This document shows, piece by piece, positions 1 through 10,648 of a stretch of DNA of 64,000 bases. The notes under the pieces are model-generated. The model saw only the letters and a list, made by a program, of their open reading frames with translations. It was not told where the DNA came from and ran no database searches. This DNA is from Terriglobia bacterium (GTDB lineage: Bacteria > Acidobacteriota > Terriglobia > 20CM-2-55-15). The translations under genes were made by a program, and so were the position numbers. The DNA is taken from assembly GCA_965198225.1 (NCBI GenBank), contig CBDAOY010000005.1, positions 736,001 to 800,000 of the forward strand. The letters are read 5' to 3'. Every line of letters starts with the position of its first letter. Within the stretch, counting starts at the first letter, position 1.

Positions 1-243
1 GGGAAGGATCGTGACTGTGGTCCCGAGCTCGACCTTCCGCGTCTTCGCAGCGAGCCAGGACAGTACGGTGAAAGGGTCATAAAAAGGCGCTGGGTACATG
101 GCGTCCACGTCCGGCGTGACGGTGACGTGATCTGAGATCATCACAAAGTGAAACCCAAGTGACTCTGCAAGCCGTGCCCATCGGAGGAAGGAGTCGGGGC
201 CCGCTCCGGGACCGAAGTTGAGGATGTTGATTCCAAACTTCAT
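1..243 (-). CDS. LLM-class (luciferase-like) flavin/F420-dependent oxidoreductase, 5' part (runs off window)
   Basis: Manual translation from ATG at 243: MKFGINILNFG...ARLAESLGFHFVMISDHV...YDPFTVLSWLAAKTRKVELGTTVTILP, a typical LLM N-terminus. Not in the ORF track because it is open at the window edge. Confidence 0.75.
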   Translation of the reverse strand, partial: MKFGINILNFGPGAGPDSFLRWARLAESLGFHFVMISDHVTVTPDVDAMYPAPFYDPFTVLSWLAAKTRKVELGTTVTILP

Positions 244-412
244 TTTTGCGTTTGTTCCAAATCAGGTGGCAGGAATTGAAGCGGTAGCCGCGGAAGGGTC
301 TTCGAACCGGCGCTTCGTTTGAGTCAAACAGACGAACACACCATGACCGATTCTGACGACGGCCGCAATCCTTCCAGTCTGGAGGTCCCAGGAAGCTCTG
401 TCTTGCTGTGGG

Positions 413-2266
413 TTACTTCGGTGCGCGGACCAGCCCACCCGCCGCCGAGGTCTCCTGCCTGGACTCCCTTGCGGCGTGCTGCGCACCAGTGACAGGATCC
501 ATCATGATCGCATGGACGCTCCCCCAGGCGCGTTGGGCCTCGAGCTGGTGCCCCATCCGTTCGAGCGCGGTGCCGATCCCGTAAGGCAAAGCCGCTTCGA
601 CGTGGCTGGGTTCTTTCTGTTCGACATGAAACCGCGGCGCGCTCACAGCCTCCTGCACGTCCATGCCCCAATCGATCGTGTTGAGAATGAGCTCGACGCA
701 CTCCGTCATGATCCGCCGTCCGCCCGCCCCGCCGGCGGTCATGAACGGCCGACCGTCCTTGAGCACCAGGAACGCGTTCATGTTGTTCAAGGCCAGCTTT
801 CCCCCCTGCATCCGGTTCGGATGAGTCGAAACGGGTTCCGGATCGAACTCCGTCGGATGGAATAGCCCCATTCCATTGTTCAGGGTGATGCCCGTCCCCG
901 GCACGGTGACACCGCTGCCCAGAAAGTTCCTCATCGTCATCGTCAGCGCCACCATGTTGCCGTCTTTGTCCATGGCAGAGGTTGTGGCCGTATCTCCTTC
1001 CGGTGCCATCGGCGGGATGTTCCGGGCAATCATCTGGGGCAGATCCGCCAACGGCCCGGCGGCCGCTCCTTCCGCGGAGCTCGGGCTCTTCAGAAACGTC
1101 GCCGGCCCGTCGCTATCGAACTTCCACGGGTCACCCGGCCGCGCATACGGCCATGCCACGTCCGGATCGATGAGCTGCCGCCGCTCATCGGCATACTCTT
1201 CCGACATCATCCCCACATACGGCACTTCGACCATCCACGGATCTCCCGCGTACCAGAGGCGATCGGCAAACGCCAGCTTGTACGCCTCCAGGACCACGTG
1301 CAGGGACTCCGCCGACCGGCCCATCTCCGGCAGGTCGAATCCCTCGATCAGGTTCAGGATCGCGATCAGATTCTGCCCGCCCGTGCCCACCGGGGAGGTG
1401 TAGACGTCGTAGCCGCGGTAGTCGGTGTGCGCCGGTCGCAACGTCTGAACGTGTCGCTGGCGCCAGTCGGCGAGATCTTCCATCGTGATCAAGCCGCCTT
1501 CCGATTGGATGTAGTCGACCATCCGCTTCGCCAGTGACCCTGTGTAGATGGCGTCGGGCCCCTCGCTCGCCAGTGTCCGCAGCGACTGGGCCAGGTCCTT
1601 CTGTACGAAGCGGTCGCCGGCTCTCAGCGCCCTGCCGTCCGGCCTGTAAATCGCCCGTGAGGCCGGCCATTTGTCGAGTATGCGGTCGAAGGTGCGGTCG
1701 ATCGACCCGGCATAGCTCGCCGTGACGATGAAGCCTTCGTCGGCATACCGAATCGCGGGCTGCAGGACTTCGGCCCACGTCATCGTGCCGTAGTTCTCGA
1801 GCGCAACAGCCAGGCCGGCCACCACGTTCCACGTGGAGACCGAGAGGATACCGGGTTCCTGGCCCTCCCGTTTCTCGTAGAACATCTCCAGCGTGGCAGC
1901 CAGCGGCGCGCGCGTGTTGAAATCGACGACGACGGGCTCGTCCAGATCCCCGAGATGGATGACCATCGCCCCGCCATAGCCGCCAATCCCGTTTGAACCG
2001 TGCGCGACGACCGAAACGGCCAGGACGGTTGCGACAATTGCGTCCACGGCGTTCCCGCCCTTTTGCAGCATTTCCAGCCCGGCGCGGGAAGCCAGGGGGT
2101 GCACGCTCGAGACGGTGCCTAGCTCGCCAACAACTTTTCCTTCCGTGCTGATGACAATCTCGCTTGCTCCGGCTTGCCCGGCCGCCCGACGGACATAACT
2201 GAAGTTGAAGAGCCCGGCCACCAGCGCTACGACAGCGAGAGTGCCGACGTGTGCTTTGCATTTCAT
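413..2266 (-). CDS. ggt: Gamma-glutamyltransferase family protein with signal peptide
   Basis: GGNAVDA, NGIGGYGG, DFNTRAP, autocleavage Thr region GDTATTSAMDKDGNMV, GSGVTVPGTGITLNN, GGAGGRRI. Confidence 0.9.
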   Translation of the reverse strand: MKCKAHVGTLAVVALVAGLFNFSYVRRAAGQAGASEIVISTEGKVVGELGTVSSVHPLASRAGLEMLQKGGNAVDAIVATVLAVSVVAHGSNGIGGYGGAMVIHLGDLDEPVVVDFNTRAPLAATLEMFYEKREGQEPGILSVSTWNVVAGLAVALENYGTMTWAEVLQPAIRYADEGFIVTASYAGSIDRTFDRILDKWPASRAIYRPDGRALRAGDRFVQKDLAQSLRTLASEGPDAIYTGSLAKRMVDYIQSEGGLITMEDLADWRQRHVQTLRPAHTDYRGYDVYTSPVGTGGQNLIAILNLIEGFDLPEMGRSAESLHVVLEAYKLAFADRLWYAGDPWMVEVPYVGMMSEEYADERRQLIDPDVAWPYARPGDPWKFDSDGPATFLKSPSSAEGAAAGPLADLPQMIARNIPPMAPEGDTATTSAMDKDGNMVALTMTMRNFLGSGVTVPGTGITLNNGMGLFHPTEFDPEPVSTHPNRMQGGKLALNNMNAFLVLKDGRPFMTAGGAGGRRIMTECVELILNTIDWGMDVQEAVSAPRFHVEQKEPSHVEAALPYGIGTALERMGHQLEAQRAWGSVHAIMMDPVTGAQHAARESRQETSAAGGLVRAPK

Positions 2267-2366
2267 GGTTGTCTCCTGTCGTCGAAGATTTTGGAAAGAA
2301 CGAGATCGACCGGATTGAGGAAAGCGAGGGCGGGCGTGGCGCCCGCCCTGTATGCAGCTCTCCGGT

Positions 2367-3602
2367 CTAGCGTTCTATTTCCACCAGGCCTATGCGGTTC
2401 GAACTGGTTTGGTGAATCAAAAGGTTGCCCGCCTCCGTCACCCACATATTCCGGACGATGCCGACGCCGGAGGGAATGGCCCAGCTCTGGAACTTTTCCG
2501 TCTTCGGGTCGAAACGCACCAGTGCGTCAGGCCTCATCCCCGACTCGTTGTACCAGATGATGTCGTCCACGACGCTGAAAGCATAGGGATGAGAATCCGG
2601 CCCACTGGGTGAAGGCCACTCCTTGATGTCACCCGTCTCCGGGTTGAGCCTTCCGATGCGGCCTTGGGTGGAGTTCCCGTACCAGACCATGCCGTCGCTG
2701 GTGAGCCCGAGCCGGCGAATGCGGGACTCTTCGTTCGGCACCTCGTAGTAGCGGACACGCATTGTCTCCGGATTGAGGGCTCCGATCTTGTTGATGCCGT
2801 TGTAGGCAACCCAGACCGTGCCGTCGGACGCCACCTGCATACCGTACGGCCTCGGCTCGGTTTGGATCTCGGTGACCTCGCCGGTCTCAGGGCTCAGGCG
2901 GCCGAGCATATGGGCGCCCTGTGCGGTGAAGTAGAGCCTGCCGTTCGGGTGGAAGACCGCAGTGTGGGGATCCCGGGCCTCAGTCTCGTATTCGGTGACC
3001 ACGCCGGTTTTGGGATCAAGCTTGCCCATGGTCGCGTTGCTGTTTCCCGTATACCAGATGTTTCCGTCCGCGTCTGGAACGATGCTGTGCGGTCTTGAGC
3101 TGGGCGGCAGCCGAAACTCCTCCATCTCGCCCGTCTTTGGATCGAGCCGCCCCGCGAGGCTGGCCCACATCCCGGTCCACCAGATGGAGCCGTCCGGCGC
3201 CTCTATCGGGTCGCGGGACCGCTGGCCGAGAGTCGGAACCATCCACTCCGTGATCTCGATCTCCGTGTCACCCGAAACCAGCGTGGGGCGCCGCCCCGGC
3301 CGCTCGGGGTAATGCTCGGTCAGGTACCGGGCCACGGTGTGAGCCTGGGCGTCCGGAAGTGCGACCATCGAAGCGACAAGTGCCTCCCAGTCGTCCTGGG
3401 AATATCCTGATGACCTGACGATCTGGTTGAGTCCATGGCACGTGGTGCAGTGGTTCTGGACGAGTTCCTGACCAGAGCCCGCCGGCAACTCGATGGGCTG
3501 GCCACGGCCGCGCCCTCTGCCGCGCTGGGCATTCCCTGGCGCCCCAAGGGCCAGGCCAAGGAGTATCACCACCATCAGGATTGAGAATGCTTTGCCGCGC
3601 AT
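2367..3602 (-). CDS. Exported cytochrome c domain + Vgb (virginiamycin B lyase-like) beta-propeller
   Basis: Signal peptide, one CTTCH heme motif, then repeated PH/PY...DGxIWYT...GRLDPKTG blades. Confidence 0.75.
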   Translation of the reverse strand: MRGKAFSILMVVILLGLALGAPGNAQRGRGRGRGQPIELPAGSGQELVQNHCTTCHGLNQIVRSSGYSQDDWEALVASMVALPDAQAHTVARYLTEHYPERPGRRPTLVSGDTEIEITEWMVPTLGQRSRDPIEAPDGSIWWTGMWASLAGRLDPKTGEMEEFRLPPSSRPHSIVPDADGNIWYTGNSNATMGKLDPKTGVVTEYETEARDPHTAVFHPNGRLYFTAQGAHMLGRLSPETGEVTEIQTEPRPYGMQVASDGTVWVAYNGINKIGALNPETMRVRYYEVPNEESRIRRLGLTSDGMVWYGNSTQGRIGRLNPETGDIKEWPSPSGPDSHPYAFSVVDDIIWYNESGMRPDALVRFDPKTEKFQSWAIPSGVGIVRNMWVTEAGNLLIHQTSSNRIGLVEIER

Positions 3603-3901
3603 GGGTTTCTACCTCGAAGTTAAGAGATAACGATCCGGCCCGCGTCGCCATTGTGAGAGTCCGTTACGGATGAGCCCGGCCGGGTGATGCAAACTTGATT
3701 CATCTTGGAAGCCGCTAGAATAGGCCGATACTATACTTCACTTTCCGCAGGAGCAAGGTTCTTGCCCGACACGTTCCCCCCGGGGACTTGCCCGGCGCTG
3801 GTGCCGGGTGGAAGTCCGTACAGCCCGCAACAGGGTCGGGTTAGGGTGCCCGCACTAGTTGTAGATGCTGTCGTCATTTTGCATGGTAAAATGACGACGA
3901 T

Positions 3902-5062
3902 ATGTCAAATGAGAATTACGCGCGCCTGATCGCTCCGCCGAAAAGAAGTTTCTTCCTGTTTGGCCTCCGCGGAGTCGGCAAGAGCACCTGGACCCTCGAG
4001 CGGTTCCCAGATGCTTACTACGTCGATTTGCTCGACGAGTCTCGTTATCAGAACCTGTTGGCCAACCCGGGGCTGCTTGCCCTGGAGCTTTCAGACCTGG
4101 CGCCCAAAAGGGTCGTCGTCCTGGACGAGGTCCAGCGCGTGCCAGCATTGCTGAACGAAGTTCACCGGGCGATCGAAGCGAGCCGCCGCAGATTTGTGCT
4201 GGTCGGTTCCAGCGCGCGCCGTCTCAAGACGGCAGGGACCAATCTTCTGGCCGGGCGGGCAACCCTCCACACGATGTATCCGCTCCTCCCGGCCGAACTC
4301 GGCGACGACTTCGACCTGGAACGCGGCCTGCGTTTCGGCAGTGTTCCCATCGTCTGGCAGGCCGATGATCCGGGCGCGACCCTGGAGGCCTACGTCCAGC
4401 TGTACGTGCGAGAGGAAATCAAAGGCGAGGCTTTGGTCCGAAACCTTCCCGCCTTCCTTCGTTTCATGCCGGTGGCGGCGCTCCTTCACGGTCAGGTCAT
4501 CAACATATCGGGCCTCGCTCGCGACGCGGCCGCCGCCCGCACCACGGTGGAGGGCTACCTCGGTATCCTGCAGGACACGCTGCTGGCAACTCTGTTGCCC
4601 GCGTTCGAACCGAAGCTGCGAGTCCGGGAACGCCGGCACCCGAAGCTCTACTGGACCGATTCGGGCATCGTACGGGCCGCGAAGCGTCATACCGGTCCGG
4701 TCGGAGCCGAGGAACGGGGGCCGCTGCTCGAAGGATGGATCCTTGCAGTGCTGCGAGCGCACAACGAGTTGTCGGAGGTGTTTGAGGAGGTGTCCTACTG
4801 GGCACCGGCACAGGCGCGCCGGACGGAGGTCGATTTCCTCCTCCGTCGGGGAAACGAACATCTGGCTATTGAAGTCAAGGCGCAGTCCCGCTTCTCAAAA
4901 TCCCAGCTTACAGGATTGCGAGCGATCGCCGATCTGGGGCGCACCGTGCGACGTGTGCTGATCTACCTGGGTACGGAAAGGCTTCGCACCGATGACGGAA
5001 TCGAGGTATGGCCGCTGCAATCGTTCCTCGATGCGGTTGCGGGGGACCGGCTTTGGCCCTAG
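3902..5062 (+). CDS. AAA_14 ATPase with DUF4143 C-terminal domain
   Basis: Walker A GLRGVGKS, Walker B VLDEVQ, GSSA, LAGRA, PKLYWTDSG, EVDFLL...AIEVK. Confidence 0.85.
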   Translation: MSNENYARLIAPPKRSFFLFGLRGVGKSTWTLERFPDAYYVDLLDESRYQNLLANPGLLALELSDLAPKRVVVLDEVQRVPALLNEVHRAIEASRRRFVLVGSSARRLKTAGTNLLAGRATLHTMYPLLPAELGDDFDLERGLRFGSVPIVWQADDPGATLEAYVQLYVREEIKGEALVRNLPAFLRFMPVAALLHGQVINISGLARDAAAARTTVEGYLGILQDTLLATLLPAFEPKLRVRERRHPKLYWTDSGIVRAAKRHTGPVGAEERGPLLEGWILAVLRAHNELSEVFEEVSYWAPAQARRTEVDFLLRRGNEHLAIEVKAQSRFSKSQLTGLRAIADLGRTVRRVLIYLGTERLRTDDGIEVWPLQSFLDAVAGDRLWP

Positions 5063-5281
5063 CGTGTCGCGGGGGACATGGCGGACGAAGAGTTTCCGGA
5101 GTCTGGTCGCTTTGGTATGATCCGTGCTTCCGACGAGACTTAAAAAAGCTCGGTCAAACGGAAGCCTGCCAGTGGTTGGATCGTTTAAACCGTAGGCTTT
5201 TCCGCACCCGGTCAGCTCGGGACGGCCGTAATGGGTTGAGAATTCTCCGTCTCCGAGCCGGTGATGAGAAAACCTCACCAC

Positions 5282-7294
5282 CTACCATTCATACCGCAAG
5301 CCCAACCGGAAAATCCTCGGATTCAGGATCTGCGTTGCGCGGCCGAACCGCGGCACCGTGTTGCCGTTGCGATCCCGGACCAGGTTGCTGAAGGTTTCAA
5401 CTCCCAGGACGGTGTTGGCGTTGAAGATGTTGAACAGATCGAACATCGCCTGAACACTCTGGCGATCGCCGATCGCGAAAGTCTTCTCAAACCGGATGTT
5501 GGTCAGGTGGACGCTCGGGCGATGGTACGTTCCCTCGGGTTCCATGATGATGACCTGGCTGCCCTGCGCGAGACCCTGGGCGCTCGTGCAGTCTCCGTTC
5601 GTCACCGTCCGACAACGGGGATCGTCCGCTTCCCGTCGGAGCAGGTCCGGAGTGAACCGCACGCGCCGGTTGTACTCGACGCCTTTCTGGGCGTTGTAGG
5701 TACCCGATACCGAAATCCCTTTCGGCAGTTCGTATTGACCCAGTAGCTTGAACGACCACAGGTCTATGTGACGATTCCCGCCGTAGACCAGGTTGTTGGG
5801 GTCGGGTCCGACATCGAACGGATCGTTGCGTTTCGTCCAGTCGACACCCGTGATCATCATCCAACCGTTGCTCATCCGTTTTCGTGCACCGAACTCGATC
5901 GTCGAGAAGTGGCCGCCGCGGTCGAGATTCGTTACGAGGTTCTCCCCCGGGCGTGGTGATCGGGTTCGTTCGTAGATCGTGACCAATCGATCGTCGCCCG
6001 AGCCGACCGCTCCATCAGGCCCGCGATCCACCGCCTGAACGGGCCGGTAGGTCAGCGTGGGGTGGGCCTGGTCGATGCGGTCCCACAGGTTGTGTTGGAT
6101 TTTTCGGACAAAGTTCGCGTTCACCGCGAAATCCTGGAACAGTTCGTGTTCGATTCCTACCGTGTACTCGTCGGTGTACTGGTTCGTCAGATTCGGATCC
6201 ACGTCAGCGGGGTTCGGAGTGCCGGTGATCCGCTCGATGTTGGAGTTCGCGATCAGTTCGTGCGTGATCGGGAGGGTTCCATCCCAGGTGTACTGTGTCG
6301 TCACCGGGAGAGAATTCGGATTGCCGAGTTGCGCCACCCTGAAGCTCGTGATGTCGCTGAACCGGCCATAGCTGGCCTTCAGAGCTGTTCTCGTGTCGCC
6401 GAACACGTCGTAGACGAGGCTGATACGCGGCACGAGATCGTTGAACGTCGCGTAGTGGGTCCTGGGGTAGGTGATCTTTGTGGCGAAAGGGCCGGTTCCA
6501 GGATTCCCCTGTTCAGGTGCGAAGTTGGTGTAACGGTCGAATCGGAGCCCGAGGTTCAACGTGAGGCGGTTGTTCAGCTGCCACTTGTCCTGCACAAAAA
6601 AGTAGTTGTGGTACAGGGAGTTGTGGGACTTGAACGGTGTGGTTGTCGTCTGGAAAAAGTCGGGTACACCGCCTCTGGAAAAGAGCCAGATAGCGCCGAG
6701 TGTTCCCGGCGATGCGGGCGCCTCGTTCCAGGTGAACCGGGAGTCTTCCCACTGGAGGGCGTACCCCACCTTGACGTCGTGGTCGCCGGTGAAGTAACTC
6801 CAGTTCACGTTCCATTGCCAGCGGCGCTCCTGAGTGTGAAACGGGAATTGCAGCCCCCCCCGCTGGGCACCCGTGAACAGATCCCGCGTCGGCGTCTGGC
6901 TGACGTGAGACTTGGCGGAAACATTGACCCCAGTCGTGTTGGCGGAGACATCCAGAGTTGATCTACCGCTCAACATGGCCATCCACTGGAACTTGTACTT
7001 CCAGGCCCAGGCGTCCTGTTTTCTGGTCGACTCGAGGGTCCTGTTTTTTGCGCCCGGTCCGCTGCCACCGACGAACGGCTGGAACTTCCGGGTCGCCCCG
7101 CCGCTGAAAACCAGCGAATGGTCCGGGCTGATCTGGTGGTTGAGCTTCAGGGTGTAGTTCTGGAGCCGGGTCGTGAAGGTCCCTCCCGGCGTGAGGTCGT
7201 TCTGCAGGACCTGGGTCTGTAGAGCCGAGTACTGATCTCGAACCGAGACGAACCACCACAACTTGTCCCGGACGATGGGGCCTCCGGCATTGCC
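5282..7294 (-). pseudogene. 3' part of a TonB-dependent receptor (3' exon of intron A1); 5' half absent
   Basis: Begins GNAGGPIVRDKLWWF immediately after the intron 3' end. Contains QDKWQLNNRLTLNLGLRFD, DLFNIFNAN and C-terminal PRIFRLGLRYEW. Confidence 0.8.
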
Positions 7295-7454
7295 GTAGAG
7301 TCGACGACTGGCGCGGTGGCGGTAGGCAAAGGGGGTAGCTGTTGCCGGTGGCTTTCGCCGATTCCGGTGCCTCACTCCTCGCCGTGGCTTCGTTTCCAGT
7401 CGCCGCTCATCGAACCGGACATGCGGATTTCCCGCATCCGGCTCTCGGACGAGA

Positions 7455-8795
7455 TCATGCCTTCGCCCACGGAAAGCTCGCCGTACGCGGCGCAAGATGC
7501 GTGAGCCCGTAATCGGACCAGAGCCGCTCGGACGGGAAGCGCACGTGTTTCCCGGTCCGCACCTTGTGCTTACGGCAGAGCCACTGGCGCGGCCGCCGGG
7601 TCGCGTGTTGATCAATCGCCTTGTAGGCCGGGCGGACCTGTCCCAGGATGAAATAGTTCGCCCAACCGATCAGCAACCGGTTGAGGCGTCCCACTACGAC
7701 TCCCGACGGCAGGAGCACGTGGCGCGGCGCGGTCAACTCGCTCACACGACGGCAGATGCTCTGGACGCTTTCCCGGCTCGGATGTGTGCCTATGTAGGCG
7801 GCACCCGTACCCGGCCGGTAGTTGCAACCGATCCGGTAGCCGAGGAACGTCATCGATTCCTCCGGCACCCGGCAGCAGCGGGTCTTCTCAACGTTCATCG
7901 CCAACTTCAGACGTTTTATCAGGGCTTCGACCGCCGCTAGCATCACCGCTGCCGGCGCGCGACCGAGAACCGCGAAGTCATCCGCGTAGTTGACGATTTC
8001 CGCCTTGAAGTGCCGGGCGTAGCCCAGCACCTTCCAGCCCAGAATGAAGCGCCGCATGTAGATGTTGCTGAACAGCGGCGAGATCGGAGACCCTTGCGGG
8101 GTCCCCTTCCGCTCGTGACGCGCCCGGTTCGTGCGGCGGCGACCGCCGCGCCCGTCGTCCTCTTCCACCGCCATCTCCAGCCACGCCTTGACCCAGCCCA
8201 ACAGCCGCCCGTCGCTCACACGCCGGGCGATGGACTTCATCAGGTCCGCGTGCGGAATCTGGCCGAAGTAGTCCGACAGGTCGGCGTCCACCACCTCCCG
8301 GTGGCCCGTCGTCAGCAGCCGATGCACGCGCCTGACTGCGTCATGCGCGTCTCGGCCCGGCCGGTACGCATACTGCTCCGGTTGCAGGTCGGCTTCGAAG
8401 ATCGGCGATAACACCAGCATCGCCGCCGTCTGCACCACCCGATCCCGGAGACACGGAATGCCCAACGGCCGGAACTTCCCTCGTTGCTTCTTCGGGATGA
8501 GAACCTGCCGAACCGCATGCGGCCGATAGGTCCCTTCCTTCAGGTCCCGCGCCAGTGCTCCCAGCCACCGGTCCACCCCGAACGCATCGATGTCCGCGAC
8601 CGTCTCGCCGTCCACCCCGGCCGCGCCGCCGTTGCGGCGCACGGCCTGCCAGGCGACTGCGAGCACGTCGTCGCGCCACACCTTGTCGCTCAGAGAGTAG
8701 AACCGGAAGCCCAGAGCTTCCTTCGCTTTCGCATGTAGCGCCGTCTGGAGTCGCTGAACTCTCTCCGAGGCTGTTAGGCTCTCGCCAGTCCTCAT
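7455..8795 (-). CDS. ltrA: Group II intron reverse transcriptase/maturase (no endonuclease domain)
   Basis: RPLGIPCLRDRVVQ, YAYRPGR, DADLSDYF, GTPQGSPISPLFSNIYM, YADD, GWANYF. Start placed at MRTGESL; the track's longer start runs into IS DNA. Confidence 0.92.
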   Translation of the reverse strand: MRTGESLTASERVQRLQTALHAKAKEALGFRFYSLSDKVWRDDVLAVAWQAVRRNGGAAGVDGETVADIDAFGVDRWLGALARDLKEGTYRPHAVRQVLIPKKQRGKFRPLGIPCLRDRVVQTAAMLVLSPIFEADLQPEQYAYRPGRDAHDAVRRVHRLLTTGHREVVDADLSDYFGQIPHADLMKSIARRVSDGRLLGWVKAWLEMAVEEDDGRGGRRRTNRARHERKGTPQGSPISPLFSNIYMRRFILGWKVLGYARHFKAEIVNYADDFAVLGRAPAAVMLAAVEALIKRLKLAMNVEKTRCCRVPEESMTFLGYRIGCNYRPGTGAAYIGTHPSRESVQSICRRVSELTAPRHVLLPSGVVVGRLNRLLIGWANYFILGQVRPAYKAIDQHATRRPRQWLCRKHKVRTGKHVRFPSERLWSDYGLTHLAPRTASFPWAKA

Positions 8796-8972
8796 GTCCC
8801 TTCCTCCGTCATGCGCTGCTCTCGAACTGAGGTCCCTTCCCTCCACCGGCATTACCTGATGGGATGGACTCCTCCTTGATGACTGAGTCGGCATCGTAGT
8901 GCCAAAGTCATTGTGAAGCCTCGCGATGGTGCGGGCTAAACACGAGGACGTGTAAACAAGAAGGAGTCCGAG

Positions 8973-10007
8973 ATGAAGAGTAAAACGATCGCAGTGGATC
9001 TGGCAAAGAATGTTTTCGAGATTGGGATTTCCGACCGCCCCGGGCAGATGACGAAGACATACCGTTTAAGCCGGGGAAAGTTCTTGTCGTTTTTTGCGAA
9101 TCAGGAGCTGGCGACGGTCGTGATGGAAGCCTGCAGTGCCGCCCATCACTGGGGACGAGAGATCCAGAAACTGGGGCACACAGTGGTACTGATTTCACCG
9201 CAGTATGTCCGGCCCTACGTACCGAGGAGTAAGACGGATCGGGCGGATGTAAAAGGGTTGCTGGAGGCCCACCGGAATGCCGATATTCGGGCGGTACCCA
9301 TTAAGACGGTGGCGCAACAGCAACTCACCGCCCTGCACCGCATCCGGTCGACCTGGATGCGGACCCGGACGGCGCGCATCAACATGGTGCGGGGGCTGCT
9401 GGGAGAGTTTGGGCTCGTGCTGCCGACGGGAGCCCGGCGGCTGGTGCCCGGAGTCATGGGGTTGATCGAAGATGCGGATGTTGAGATCCCCATGACCGTA
9501 CGCGTCATGTTCTCGGAAGTGTGCACCGAAATCCGCGAGCTGGAGGCACGCATTCAATCGGTGGAGCGGGAGTTGGAAGCCCTGGCCCGTCAGATGCCCG
9601 AGGTGGCCCGTCTGCGCTCGATCCCTGGAATCGGGCTGTTGACTTCCACGGCGATGGTAGGTTTTGTCGGTGACCCCCGACGGTTTCGATCCTGTCGCCA
9701 CTTTGCCAGTTATCTGGGACTCACCCCGCGTGAGCGTTCGAGCGGAAACCGGCGTCGGCTGGGAGCGATCAGCAAACAAGGCAACGTCTACCTGCGGATG
9801 CTGCTCATACACGGTGGCCGCACTCTGCTATGGAGTGCGCATCGAAAAGGGGCGCAACCTTCGGCTCTGCAGAAATGGGGTCTCCGTCTCCACACACTCC
9901 GCGGGCACAACACGGCCACGGTTGCTTTAGCCAACAAACTGGCCCGCACGGTTTGGGCCGTCTGGACACAGGACACGGCGTACGAGGCTGACCGACGGGC
10001 GGCCTGA
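8973..10007 (+). CDS. IS110 DEDD recombinase/transposase
   Basis: IAVDLAKNVF, VVMEAC, KTDRADV, SIPGIG, YLGLTPRERSSG, VALANKLAR. Confidence 0.95.
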   Translation: MKSKTIAVDLAKNVFEIGISDRPGQMTKTYRLSRGKFLSFFANQELATVVMEACSAAHHWGREIQKLGHTVVLISPQYVRPYVPRSKTDRADVKGLLEAHRNADIRAVPIKTVAQQQLTALHRIRSTWMRTRTARINMVRGLLGEFGLVLPTGARRLVPGVMGLIEDADVEIPMTVRVMFSEVCTEIRELEARIQSVERELEALARQMPEVARLRSIPGIGLLTSTAMVGFVGDPRRFRSCRHFASYLGLTPRERSSGNRRRLGAISKQGNVYLRMLLIHGGRTLLWSAHRKGAQPSALQKWGLRLHTLRGHNTATVALANKLARTVWAVWTQDTAYEADRRAA

Positions 10008-10063
10008 CACCATGACTGTAGGAACATCCTTTCAGTAGACTGCGACGACGTTCGAGTTGATGA

Positions 10064-10207
10064 CGTACCGGTCAGACCGGCGCGGGGAAACGCCGGAGAA
10101 GCCGTGGCCCCTGGAGGCCGTTTACCCGGTTGGCACCCCGCGCGCGAATTTCATCATGGCCCGGAACTCAAACGTTCCATTCGAGAGGCCGAAGATACGG
10201 ATGCAGT
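10064..10207 (+). ncRNA. Putative bridge RNA of IS1111 #1 (target- and donor-binding loops)
   Basis: Two internal loops, each built around a TGGCC...GGCCG inner stem. Guides GAAGCCG (10098-10104) and TTACCCG (10122-10128) match the target; CATCA (10152-10156) and AGATA (10193-10197) match the element ends. Boundaries approximate. Confidence 0.75.
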
Positions 10208-10648
10208 CGATCTGTCACTCAACTCGAAAATCAAATATCAGGATGCTGAAAAGAATCTTCGGGAAAAGGATATGGGACAGCTGCGCCTACTTGACAGGAG
10301 GAGTCCAGATACGGCTTTCTTGGTACTGCGGACCTCTCCGCCACCCTGTCGGCCCAACCTGACCCTCGCGGGCTGTCGGTTGGCGCGTGCCACGCCACCG
10401 GCAGGGCTTCCCGTGTTGCGTCCAATCCCCTCTTCCATACATGCCACCGCCCAATACCCCGGCGGAACCAGTCGGTGCTCGCGTCGCTCGCTTCCCGACC
10501 GCTGGCAGCCTTCCCCGTTTCAACGGCGGGTCGGCTTCCGCATTGTGCGTTTCGATGGAGTGGACGCCCCCGCTCCCCGGCGGCAGAATGGGCCGGGTCA
10601 GCAGAACGCACAAGGGGTGCGTTCAGAACACGAGAGAGGGAGGGATAC

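Larger units (their letters stand above)
8857..10311 (+). mobile_element. IS110 family, IS1111 subgroup element #1
   Basis: Sub-terminal IRs TGGACTCCTCCT (8865-8876) / AGGAGGAGTCCA (10296-10307). Removal restores ATTACC|CGGCTT as in copy A2. Long 3' non-coding end. Confidence 0.92.

Noticed and set aside
5282-7615. 777-aa ORF as an intact receptor
   Set aside because: Its first ~107 codons are intron RT and domain V/VI sequence; there is no signal peptide or plug domain.
10291-10311. Circle-junction promoter for IS #1
   Set aside because: TTGACA is present, but the TATGAT formed at the junction would be only 13 nt away; spacing is non-canonical, so not called.
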